Of a stretch of 64,000 nucleotides of DNA, positions 23,891-36,200 are shown in pieces. The notes beneath the pieces were generated by a model. It was not told the origin of the DNA. It worked only from the letters and a program-made list of their open reading frames with translations, and did not search any database. Each line of letters opens with the position of its first letter. Positions within the stretch are counted from its first letter, which is position 1. The stretch is from Anthoceros angustus (lineage: Eukaryota; Plantae; Anthocerotophyta): the NCBI GenBank assembly GCA_010909165.1, contig MU008161.1, positions 248,001 through 312,000 of the forward strand, given 5' to 3'. Position numbers and translations under genes: made by a program.

Positions 23891-25106
23891 GCAGCAATCT
23901 TTGCTGTGCTGATCACTTGTGGACAAGTGGAGAATGCCCTCTTTGCAAGGTTACTATTGACATACAACTCTGGAAATTGAAGGAACTATCCTCTCTTCAG
24001 AAGATGTGGTTCTTCCGCACCAGTCCTCGACTGTGGTGTTGAGTTCATGCGGTCAAGGCACCTCCTGTTTAGAAGTTTCACCTGGGACGACTTCTCTTGC
24101 CATCAACCGGGCATTGGTACAAGCAAGCAAGCACAGGACACAAACACAAAACGAGCAACGAAGAAAATATACCATACCTTCCACAAGGCTGGCAGATCCA
24201 GATATTATGAGAGTACGAGGACTTGCACTCTCCATGGTTGTCATGGTTTGTTCTTGGGATCTGAGAAATCTTGATCCTCGGAGACAGTTCCTCATATCAT
24301 GCATAAACATGGATACACGGGTCCCGGACACGATCTTATCCTAGTTCCTGTAACCCTAGCGTGTGACCTTGCACAGCAGCTGATTGTTCCCCCTTCTTCT
24401 TGTCGTTAGTGGGAATATGTCTTGCTCTCGCGTCCTAGCCATGCTCTGTACTTCGTGAATTGTTTACTCTACGAGGGGAATCTAGTTGATCTCCAAGTTC
24501 TGGGCTCCCTCTCATCAAGCAAGCTTCTGAGATGAGGCTTCGCCGTCATGGACCTGCGCCTGGCTTACAGTCTGGTATGACTCCAACCTCCTCGGGAGTA
24601 TCAAGCTACAGAGCTCCATGACCAGTTCCCAGGCTTACATAGCCCAACCCAATACTTGTGATACCGGGGCAAGCCATTACTTGAATTTTGGCCGGACCTG
24701 GCCGTTCGGGCAAAGGGGATCAATATTGGGTTTGTGGGATGAATGATTCGACAAGCACTAATAGCGACATACTTAAGGGACAACGAAAAGTTGAGTGGTC
24801 AGGAATCTCTGTTGCACTGGCTTGGAAGGTAGTTAGGTCTACAGACGAAGTGGGCTCATCAGTTTCAACTGAAAATGTGCAACAAATCACGATCAGGCAG
24901 CAGACTCCAAACATGAAAGACGACAGGTTGCACAGCATTCTTTTGCGTTTGGTTTCAAGATCGGTGATCGATTTCAACGACCTAGCAGACGCTTGATTTA
25001 CGTCTTTACACCACAGATATTACATGCTCGTAAATCCTTGCAGAGAGCAGAGGAAGATGTGCTGCATTTACCGGGCAAAATTGCACGAACACCTGATTCG
25101 GGTCCT

Positions 25107-28100
25107 CTACTTTCCAATGCAAAACCTGCTGAAAATATTTGACAGAACCTCTTCCGAGACATCATCACCACTGATTTGACCCAATGCAAGGGCAGCTTCT
25201 TTCAAATCAATGGTCCAGAAGTCTATAGGTAGTTCTTGCTGAACCGAATCCTTCAGTCTCTGCAGGGCTTCACTTGCCCTGAGTAGTTGCTCGGCCTGCC
25301 TCTGGAGAGAAAATGAGACTGATGAGTTGAGCTCAAGAACTGGCCTGACAATGCCTTGCATAAGACAAACCAACCAAGTTTCGAGCTTTATAAATGGTAT
25401 TTACCTGATTGACAGCCCACTGAACCCCTTCTGAACTAACTTCCCCCACCTCCACCATCTGCAAGAGAGCCTGTTCCAAACTATCTAGTCCAACCCGCTG
25501 AGGAGCACACGTGAACACAACTCTCTGGAACCTTGTGGAAACCTCATCAGGCAGCTCTACTGAAGTCGGTGGTCTCTTGTCAACTTTGTTTACTACCAAA
25601 ATGGCTGGAGCGCGCGTATTTTGAGCTGAGAGCTGATTTCAAATGATTCAAAACCAACAATTAAGAACCAAGAACATATGCGAGACAGAAGGCATTGCCA
25701 GCATGATGCATGGTAAGAACGATAACCTCTTCATCTTGGCGTGGCTCTGTGGCCAGGGTCATAGGACCAGTCAATGCTTTTGCAAGGTTTGTGGCCCTTG
25801 CCGTTTGATGCCTATGCCTCCCCCATATATGTTCGAAAATGACTCCATCCTCATCAGTCCATCCATCAGAAGCACTGATCACCATGAGCACCACGTCGGC
25901 TCCTTTAGCAGCTGCCTCTGATCTTTGCACCCCTACAAAACTCCACACCTCTGGTCAAGTGATTGATTCTTAAAATGATGCCATCAAATGCCTGCACTTG
26001 AACAGGTCCAAGGTCTTCACCGAGATTTTCAACAAAATCAGTGGTTTCTCGTATGCCTGCCGTGTCCAGGAGGGTCACTGACAGTCCTCCGACAACAATT
26101 CCGGCTTCTACGACATCCCTCGTGGTACCAGGTATGTCTGTCACAATTGCTCTTTCAGTCTGCACATAACGAAGATCGATCAGCTGAAAATACATCCCTC
26201 CTACACTGACAGAGGTCCTTCACAAGAAAAGAGAATAGCTTAACACAAGCTTAAACTCATATTTTCTACATTGTCATTCTAAATGGAAACTCTCACCTAC
26301 TTGGCTCCAAACATTAAGAAGACTTGATTTCCCAACATTTGGTCTGCCGACAATTGCAACCTGTCAAAACCACCAACAACCATAACCTTTTGCAAAGTTC
26401 AAAACATTGACTAATTCAAGCAAGATTGTTTGGCAGCATACGACTGGAGGCAGCACCCATACTTGCATGCCTGACTGGAGCAGACGGCCTCGCTGGGCAG
26501 TAGCTAAAGCTCTCTGCAGACTTTGCTCCATACATTTTATTCTTTCAGTCAACACATTTGTGTCCAGAACTGGCATTTCATCATCAAAATCCAGGCGAGC
26601 CTCCATCTCGACAAGTAGATCGATGCATTCCTTTCGCAAAGATTGAACTAATAACGATAAGCCCCCCTGAAACAGAAGGGAAGAGCTATTTGAGGGGCCT
26701 ATCTGCAGATCACGGTCACATTCTTGTCATGTACAATCTCAAACATACTTTGGCTAACCTGAATACCAGCCAAGGCTGTATCTGCAGCAAGAGATGTTTT
26801 GGCAGCAATCACTTGGGCAACACTCTCAGCCTGTGACAAATCCAATCGCCCATTCAGAAAGGCACGGAGTGTAAACTCTCCTGCAAGCACAAGAATGACA
26901 ATGTGTGTGAATGACGCATTTGTGATGCTCTGCCTGCTAGCAAGTCACCCATTTCAATTTGCTCTCATCAAGGCAAGTTGTAAGTCTGGACCAGGTTGTG
27001 CAAGTCTTGCTCCAGCCTCCAAACAAATTTGGAGAACGCGACGTGCACATACGTCCCCGCCATGACATTGCAACTCGACGACATCTTCCCTAGTGTAGGA
27101 TCTAGGGGCCAACATGGGGACCACAAGAACCTGCAAATGCGTTGAGCAGCCCAGTGCTGATCAGGAATAGCAAAAGTGTATCCACTATGACACACCAAGA
27201 AGGGCTAGTAATCAACACAATACCTCATCTACCACTGCTCCTGTTGCGTCCACTAGTGTTCCATATTCTACCCGGTGGCTTGTGGGCTTCCACCTTAAGT
27301 TCCCAAGTTGTCTATGCCCAGCTGGACGAAATATTTGGGAGCTGATTTCAAATGATTCAAAACCAACAATTAAGAACCAAGAACATATGCGAGACAGAAG
27401 GCATTGCCAGCATGATGCATGGTAAGAACGATAACCTCTTCATCTTGGCGTGGCTCTGTGGCCAGGGTCATAGGACCAGTCAATGCTTTTGCAAGGTTTG
27501 TGGCCCTTGCCGTTTGATGCCTATGCCTCCCCATATATGTTAAATGACTCCATCCTCATCAGTCCATCCATCAGAAGCACTGATCACCATGAGCACCACG
27601 TCGGCTCCTTTAGCAGCTGCCTCTGATCTTTGCACCTACAAAACTCCACACCTCTGGTCAAGTGATTGATTCTTAAAATGATGCCATCAAATGCCTGCAC
27701 TTGAACAGGTCCAAGGTCTTCACCGAGATTTTCAACAAAATCAGTGGTTTCTCGTATGCCTGCCGTGTCCAGGAGGGTCACTGACAGTCCTCCGACAACA
27801 ATTCCGGCTTCTCGACATCCCTCGTGGTACCAGGTATGTCTGTCACAATTGCTCTTTCAGTCTGCACATAACGAAGATCGATCAGCTGAAAATACATCCC
27901 TCCTACACTGACAGAGGTCCTTCACAAGAAAGTGATAATCGCAGCAATAGTTCCATCATCAGTTGCTTTTGTATAGTTAGACTTCCTTGGAGAAGCGGAA
28001 CTCGAAATGTCCGAAGTAATTGCTGTGCTCTGAGCTATCAAATTGGCACAAAGGAGAGTTAAAATCAAGAAAAGGGTCTCGCAACAGGGACACAACAAAT

Positions 28101-31100
28101 GATCATAAACGAGAGCAGATTCATACTGGTCAAGGCTGCAACCTCCGTGGACACCTGTCTCCTCCGTCTGACGGGACTCTCCCAGGATCGCCATTGCAGC
28201 GCCTACAATATCTGTGACAGTTGACGACAAGCAAGAGCAGGTCACAGATTTGAACTCTTTAGCGGAATGTGAAACCCATCAGTGCCGCACCAGCAACCAC
28301 GTCTCAGGAGGATTACCGAGGATCTGATTTCTAGCTGGCAAAAACAGGGGTTCGAGGCAAAGGCGAATCCCAATGCTGTAACTCAGGGGTTCGAGGCCAT
28401 CGCCCGTATGAATGTGCCCAACAGAGGCCCCAGGTAAGGGACCAACACTTCATATTCAACGAAACACGTCTTACAGCCGTTGAGTTACATCCAGAGACCT
28501 AATGTAGGTGCTTGGTATATTTCATTTCTTTGAACGCTGTTGCCTGGGAGCCTGACGTACTGCAGCAGCTCAGTGTATCCATGACACATTTTGGTGAGAG
28601 TCAGCACAGCTATTAGAATTCACACATAACCAGTGCGTTCATTATTCTCAAAATGTGTTTGCACTCTTTGAAGACTCGATGCCTCATCAGAAGGTTCACA
28701 GAACCTGAGCCTATGCCAGCTAGTTTGGATCTCAATGCCCCAATTGGACACCCATATGCGGTATAGGTAACTAGCATACTGCGCATATAGCTAATAAATA
28801 AGGGAGTTGAACTATGCTTCGTGTCAAAGAAGCACAGATGTATGCACAGGTTAGCAACAAGACTTTCTTACATCCCCTCGAGCAATACTTTGTTGGAGTA
28901 AGAAGGCTGGTTTCGAGATGTTGCCATCACCTGTGGTCCATCCTTAGCAGCTGGACAAAGCCTCTCCTCATGGCAGAGAAAACGGGTGTCATGGACTGGG
29001 CACATTCTGGGCACTCTCAGTGGGTCAGTTTGATCACGACGTTATGCTTGGATGCCCCTGATCTCCCCATAATCAAGTATGCGTGTGTGGGTGACCCCTC
29101 CAACTGTGAATCCTTTGATGAGGGACTCTCAGGCAGCTACTCTTCTTGTAAGTCTAAGGAAATAGTGCAACAGCTTTTTGCCTTGATCTCAATGTCTTCT
29201 GCTCCTTCTGCCCTTGGTTAGGATCTCCTGCGCTTTTGGCCTAGACTTTCAGCTGCAGCCTTAGCATATCTTTGACATCCTGCGTTGGGGGCAAGGAGAA
29301 CGACTCAATAGATTTACAAAATCTACTATCAACTGTTGTGAAGCTGGCGAGATCACATCATCCTACAAAGTTCGATCAATGGAACACATAGACAACAAGG
29401 ATGGCTCTTGGCATTGTCGGACTAGAGCCATCATTGTAGTCTACGCTCCATCGATTGGGCTAACTCTGAAACAGATTGTGCCACTCGCTCCTTAGATTCC
29501 TCTACCTCAACTGTCCATATCCTGCAACGAAGATCGATCAGCTGAAAATACATCCCCTCCTACACTGACAGAGGTCCTTCACAAGAAAGAGAATAGCTTA
29601 ACACAAGCTTAAACTCATATTTTCTACATTGTCATTCTAAATGGAAACTCTCACCTACTTGGCTCCAAACATTAAGAAGACTTGATTTCCCAACATTTTG
29701 GTCTGCCGACAATTGCAACCTGTCAAAACCACCAACAACCATAACCTTTTGCAAAGTTCAAAACATTGACTAATTCAAGCAAGAGCAGGTCACAGATTTG
29801 AACTTTAGCGGAATGTGAAACCCATCAGTGCCGCACCAGCAACCACGTCTCAGGAGGATTACCGAGGATCTGATTTCTAGCTGGCAAAAACAGGGGTTCG
29901 AGGCAAAGGCGAATCCCAATGCTGTAACTCAGGGGTTCGAGGCCATCGCCCGTATGAATGTGCCCAACAGAGGCCCCAGGTAAGGGACCAACACTTCATA
30001 TTCAACGAAACACGTCTTACAGCCGTTGAGTTACATCCAGAGACCTAATGTAGGTGCTTGGTATATTTCATTTCTTTGAACGCTGTTGCCTGGGAGCCTG
30101 ACGTACTGCAGCAGCTCAGTGTATCCATGACACATTTTGGTGAGAGTCAGCACAGCTATTAGAATTCACACATAACCAGTGCGTTCATTATTCTCAAAAT
30201 GTGTTTGCACTCTTTGAAGACTCGATGCCTCATCAGAAGGTTCACAGAACCTGAGCCTATGCCAGCTAGTTTGGATCTCAATGCCCCAATTGGACACCCA
30301 TATGCGGTATAGGTAACTAGCATACTGCGCATATAGCTAATAAATAAGGGAGTTGAACTATGCTTCGTGTCAAAGAAGCACAGATGTATGCACAGGTTAG
30401 CAACAAGACTTTCTTACATCCCCTCGAGCAATACTTTGTTGGAGTAAGAAGGCTGGTTTCGAGATGTTGCCATCACCTGTGGTCCATCCTTAGCAGCTGG
30501 ACAAAGCCTCTCCTCATGGCAGAGAAAACGGGTGTCATGGACTGGGCACATTCTGGGCACTCTCAGTGGGTCAGTTTGATCACGACGTTATGCTTGGATG
30601 CCCCTGATCTCCCCATAATCAAGTATGCGTGTGTGGGTGACCCCTCCAACTGTGAATCCTTTGATGAGGGACTCTCAGGCAGCTACTCTTCTTGTAAGTC
30701 TAAGGAAATAGTGCAACAGCTTTTTGCCTTGATCTCAATGTCTTCTGCTCCTTCTGCCCTTGGTTAGGATCTCCTGCGCTTTTGGCCTAGACTTTCAGCT
30801 GCAGCCTTAGCATATCTTTGACATCCTGCGTTGGGGGCAAGGAGAACGACTCAATAGATTTACAAAATCTACTATCAACTGTTGTGAAGCTGGCGAGATC
30901 ACATCATCCTACAAAGTTCGATCAATGGAACACATAGACAACAAGGATGGCTCTTGGCATTGTCGGACTAGAGCCATCATTGTAGTCTACGCTCCATCGA
31001 TTGGGCTAACTCTGAAACAGAAGGGAAGAGCTATTTGAGGGGCCTATCTGCAGATCACGGTCACATTCTTGTCATGTACAATCTCAAACATACTTTGGCT

Positions 31101-32037
31101 AACCTGAATACCAGCCAAGGCTGTATCTGCAGCAAGAGATGTTTTGGCAGCAATCACTTGGGCAACACTCTCAGCCTGTGACAAATCCAATCGCCCATTC
31201 AGAAAGGCACGGAGTGTAAACTCTCCTGCAAGCACAAGAATGACAATGTGTGTGAATGACGCATTTGTGATGCTCTGCCTGCTAGCAAGTCACCCATTTC
31301 AATTTGCTCTCATCAAGGCAAGTTGTAAGTCTGGACCAGGTTGTGCAAGTCTTGCTCCAGCCTCCAAACAAATTTGGAGAACGCGACGTGCACATACGTC
31401 CCCGCCATGACATTGCAACTCGACGACATCTTCCCTAGTGTAGGATCTAGGGGCCAACATGGGGACCACAAGAACCTGCAAATGCGTTGAGCAGCCCAGT
31501 GCTGATCAGGAATAGCAAAAGTGTATCCACTATGACACACCAAGAAGGGCTAGTAATCAACACAATACCTCATCTACCACTGCTCCTGTTGCGTCCACTA
31601 GTGTTCCATATTCTACCCGGTGGCTTGTGGGCTTCCACCTTAAGTTCCCAAGTTGTCTATGCCCAGCTGGACGAAATATTTGGGAGCTGATTACGACAGC
31701 AGATGGACCTGAAAGCCTGATAATTGCGACCGAACCAGTCTGGCCGCCCATGGAAGTGATAATCGCAGCAATAGTTCCATCATCGGTTGCTTTTGTATAG
31801 TTAGACTTCCTTGGAGAAGCGGAACTCGAAATGTCCGAAGTAATTGCTGTGCTCTGAGCTATCAAATTGGCACAAAGGAGAGTTAAAATCAAGAAAAAGG
31901 GTCTCGCAACAGGGACACAACAAATGATCATAAACGAGAGCAGATTCATACTGGTCAAGGCTGCAACCTCCGTGGACACCTGTCTCCTCCGTCTGACGGG
32001 ACTCTCCCAGGATCGCCATTTGCAGCGCCTACAATAT
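25107..32037 (-). CDS. mnmE: tRNA modification GTPase MnmE/TrmE, multi-exon; exons 31952-32037, 31569-31858, 31337-31475, 31104-31225, 26463-26666, 26301-26360, 26021-26159, 25727-25932, 25405-25632, 25107-25301; start exon further upstream not resolved
   Basis: [79 protein letters not shown]-terminal FSRFCIGK; all GT-AG junctions keep phase. Confidence 0.9.
26677..31021. repeat. Block of re-ordered direct duplicates of mnmE-locus segments joined at microhomologies
   Basis: Junctions GAGCTGATT (27339), GAA(A)G (27928), AACGAAGATC (29526), CAAGCAAGA (29776), CTGAAACAGA (31012), each present at both donor positions. Confidence 0.9.
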
Positions 32038-34179
32038 CTGTGACAGTTGACGACAAGCAAGAGCAGGTCACAGATTTGAACTCTTTAGCGGAATGTGGAA
32101 ACCCATCAGTGCCGCACCAGCAACCACGTCTCAGGAGGATTACCCGAGGATCTGATTTCTAGCTGGCAAAAACAGGGGGTTCGAGGCAAAGGCGAATCCC
32201 AATGCTGTAACTCGGGGGTTCGAGGCCATCGCCCGTATGAATGTGCCCAACAGAGGCCCCCGGGTAAGGGACCAACACTTCATATTCAACGAAACACGTC
32301 TTACAGCCGTTGAGTTACATCCAGAGACCTAATGTAGGTGCTTGGTATATTTCATTTCTTTGAACGCTGTTGCCTGGGAGCCTGACGTACTGCAGCAGCT
32401 CAGTGTATCCATGACACATTTTGGTGAGAGTCAGCACAGCTATTAGAATTCACATAACCAGTGCGTTCATTATTCTCAAAATGTGTTTGCACTCTTTGAA
32501 GACTCGATGCCTCATCAGAAGGTTCACAGAACCTGAGCCTATGCCGGCTAGTTTGGATCTCAATGCCCCAATTGGACACAACCCATATGCGGTATAGGTA
32601 ACTAGCATACTGCGCATATAGCTAATAAATAAGGGAGTTGAACTATGCTTCGTGTCAAAGAAGCACAGATGTGCACAGGTTAGCAACAAGACTTTCTTAC
32701 ATCCCCTCGAGCAATACTTTGTTGGAGTAAGAAGGCTGGTTTCGAGATGTTGCCATCACCTGTGGTCCATCCTTAGCAGCTGGACAAAAGCCTCTCCTCA
32801 TGGCAGAGAAAACGGGTGTCATGGACTGGGCACATTCTGGGCACTCTCAGTGGGTCAGTTTGATCACGACGTTATGCTTGGATGCCCCTGATCTCCCCCA
32901 TAATCAAGTATGCGTGTGTGGGTGACCCCTCCAACTGTGAATCCTTTGATGAGGGACTCTCAGGCAGCTACTCTTCTTGTAAGTCTAAGGAAATAGTGCA
33001 ACAGCTTTTTGCCTTGATCTCAATGTCTTCTGCTCCTTCTGCCCTTGGTTAGGATCTCCTGCGCTTTTGGCCCTAGACTTTCAGCTGCAGCCTTAGCATA
33101 TCTTTGACATCCTGCGTTGGGGGGGCAAAGGAGAACGACTCAATAGATTTACAAAATCTACTATCAACTGTTGTGAAGCTGGCGAGATCACATCATCCTA
33201 CAAAGTTCGATCAATGGAACATAGACAACAAGGATGGCTCTTGGCATTGTCGGACTAGAGCCATCATTGTAGTCTACGCTCCATCGATTGGGCTAACTCT
33301 GAAACAGATTGTGCCACTCGCTCCTTAGATTCCTCTCTACCTCAACTGTCCATATCCTGCAACGAAGATCCACCAGCGTTCGGAGCCCGACATTCCCACC
33401 TCACAGTGAACGTTGCTGCCGTTTGGGCGGACGTCCAATTGGCAGAGCGAAAAGAGGTTGCCAGTGGTGCGCCTCATCGAGGTGCCTGCTCAAGTTGGAA
33501 CAAAGCACAGTCTTCCAAGCACAGGGTTCTAAGTCAGGGCAGGTCAGGTTCACCAAGTGGTTCCTGCAGGCGCCGTGATACATGCGCGCTGTTTAACCCC
33601 TAATGGACGGAGGGGTTTTCCCCATTTTCTCCACCGTTAATTGTTGGATAATATGGGAGGCGCTTGTGAATTTTCTTGTTTTTTTGGACTCCATGATAAC
33701 TACGAGCATGTTGGGTCCCGATAGCAACCTACGCTACATCCCTTCCCGATGTCTGGTATTTTTGAATGCAAAGTGATAGCGGGTTGAAGGTTGTGAAATC
33801 TGGGGACGGATTGGGGAATCTTTTGCTGGTTTGCATGCATCCGATGAGATCGTGATGACATAACTTGGGCAGACGAGAAGTCAACTGCCCTCTTCCTTAC
33901 CATGTGCTTACATTGTTCACATATGAAACATAGAAATTCCGGCATTTTGTAGACCGTGCCATCTCTCCTCTCCCCCCAGATGTGTGAGTCGACCATGGTG
34001 GGTTACGTAACCCACCTCAAAAACCAAGCGGTATTCCCGCGCGATGCACTTGCCACTGCCTTCAGCCCGCTATTTTGATCGGCGTGTTCAGGTGTCAGGC
34101 GTTGTTATGTAGTAATTTATGTAGTAGACTGCAGATACTAACTAACCGTATACGTGAAGAGAACATATACGTGAGTTAC

Positions 34180-34545
34180 CCAGATAAGATAAGCGGAGTT
34201 GTGGCCCTTCATCTTGTCTTGGTCCTCCTTCAAAAACACATCCCAATACTCTTGCCTCACACCTTTCGGGACATAATGGGGGTTAGACTTTTTCCCCTGC
34301 AAAAGATAACGTGCCTCCTTTCTAACATTGTTCCTCCAATGCTTCAAATTAGTGCTCAAAAACTGCAGGACAATAGGCTAAAACTCCCATGGCCCAGTCA
34401 TAGTTTGCCTAATACATGTCTCAACATGAAGTTGGATGGCTTCTGTCTATTCCAAAAGGGATATATGAGTGGATTGCATATGTACCGGACCGCAAAATGG
34501 ACTTTGTTTTTCATGGGTATGTATGAGGGACTCTCATGGTAGATG
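34180..34545 (-). pseudogene. 3' exons of a spliced ORF (possibly a CACTA/En-Spm accessory protein) disrupted by the copia insertion; 5' part at >=59472
   Basis: Rejoining at TSD AGATG gives cag|GG-FIYHESPSYIPMKNK...MLRH, a 53-nt intron (34363-34415), then a 183-nt phase-0 exon FLSTNLKHWRNNVRKEARY...EYWDVFLKED; family assignment is weak. Confidence 0.55.
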
Positions 34546-34727
34546 TGAAACTTTGAGAGCGGAAGCTCGTTGAATTGCAAAACAAGGAATAAAATAATTA
34601 ATTAAAGTTGAATAAAAAATTATCTTAAGTACTTCATGTGAGTAGGTGTGACCATTCACCACTAACCAAGATATTAAATAACTAAATAATAACTGGTAGG
34701 TTAATAAGAACCTTTCACATTCTAACA
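34546..34727 (-). repeat. Copia-1 3' LTR (duplicate at 36424-36605)
   Basis: About 8 differences by eye versus the 5' LTR; preceded on minus by the PPT. Confidence 0.92.
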
Positions 34728-36200
34728 CTCCCACTTAACCTGAGGAGGTAATTATTTATTCACCACTGAGCTCCAAGAAACTTAGGGTAAATAATGATAA
34801 ATATGGGTAAATACGAGTAAAAATACCGTTATGTACCCATGATCATGCGCATGTGGGGGTAATGGGGGTTGTTGGGCCTTAACGCCCATACACCTTCACC
34901 GTGAGCCGTATCCCGGCGACCTCAAAAACATACCGAATGGACCCGGAAACACGGAGAGCGGCCAAAGCCATCACCGACGCTGGAGAATCGACGGCGAACA
35001 ATGGAGGGAGGGCAGGCGCGCGGCAGCGGATGAGTGTGGGAGGTCGCGCCCCAAGGGGAACCTTGCGCGCCAACAAGCGGCGGTGCGGAAGTGCACATGG
35101 CGATGGGCGCGAAGAGCGGACCACCACCGCTGCACGCCCAAGACTTCGGATGTATGTACAACGAGCGTCCGTTTCATGCCCTCGCCGGCGCTAAACTAAC
35201 GACTCATTTGTCGATAGGGGCAGCAGAAAACGCGCGGGTGTGCCCTCACGCTCTAACTTGTGCCATTGTTTACGTAACATTGTGCTCTTCCCATGACCGG
35301 TGTAGGCGAATAAAGGCGCATCCTCAAGCGGATCTGAGCCGCGGCGTGCAGGTAGGAGATATAGCCGTAGTTGTAATTGCACCCTATAACTGCTTCACAC
35401 CACATTTTTGTTTCTCCTTATAATACGCAATTAACCATTGCATGTGTATGATCATATAGAGACACAAGATGTTCCTCACAAAGTCACAGGCCCTCAAGAC
35501 CCATGATCGGGCTCCGGACCCGTGCCAACTTTGAGTATGCCCCCAAGCCGTTTATCCTCCTAGGTCACCTCGGATACATGGCCAATGGAAAAACTCCGTA
35601 GAGGTCCGATCGTGTTGATCCTAACGTCCTCCGGATGTGAGATATGACCAGAGACATTTTGAGGAGGATAGAGAAAAGATCCAAGGGGTGATAAGAAGAA
35701 GGATAGCCCGCCTAGAGTAGGACATCCAAGACCTACACTCACTGGATGCACAGTGGGAAGAATGGATAGTGCCCGAAGCGTCTTCAGAAGGTAAAAATAA
35801 TCTGCACTAATATTTGTTAGTTGAAAATACTAACCCTCAGATCAATTACTTGTCAGTTCACGATTTAATTTAACCTGTATGCTTCATCCACCCGGTGACT
35901 GTAATGTGCGGACAACAATGTAAAAAAAAACTTTACGACCATGGATGCCTTGAAACATGTAAATGCATCACTGGCGAAAACTAGCAAGCTAAGGAGTTAG
36001 TGCTAGTAAAACTCCAAACTCAAAAGCATGAAATTTTGTCGAGACCGTGGCGCTATTTTATTGGGACTTCGACGCGCAACGATCCCGTGTCGTTGTAGCA
36101 AGGGGTCCGTTCCCAAGAGAATGATAGGTCCCGTTTGGCACGTCTCAACCGATTCTTATCTCGCCTCGTCGTGCCGGACTCAAAGCGCTCGCGATTTCGA

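Noticed and set aside
28814-29221. 135-aa ORF seen three times as a gene family
   Set aside because: The copies are part of duplicated segment I; the third copy is frameshifted and no family was recognised
26699-31481. Several independent mnmE paralogues
   Set aside because: The repeated exons are near-identical partial segments of one locus; none forms a second full gene
25107-32037. Bacterial contamination or recent horizontal transfer of mnmE
   Set aside because: Canonical spliceosomal introns keep phase throughout and an N-terminal extension is present, as in a normal nuclear organelle-targeted gene
25630-33370. Ciliate-style programmed scrambled gene with pointers
   Set aside because: Segments are duplicated rather than permuted once, and ordinary splicing can recover the CDS, so no unscrambling is required
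33656-33680. 16-bp inverted match GCTTGTGAATTTTCTT with ~58557-58575 as a TIR pair
   Set aside because: An isolated AT-rich match not at recognisable element boundaries; likely chance
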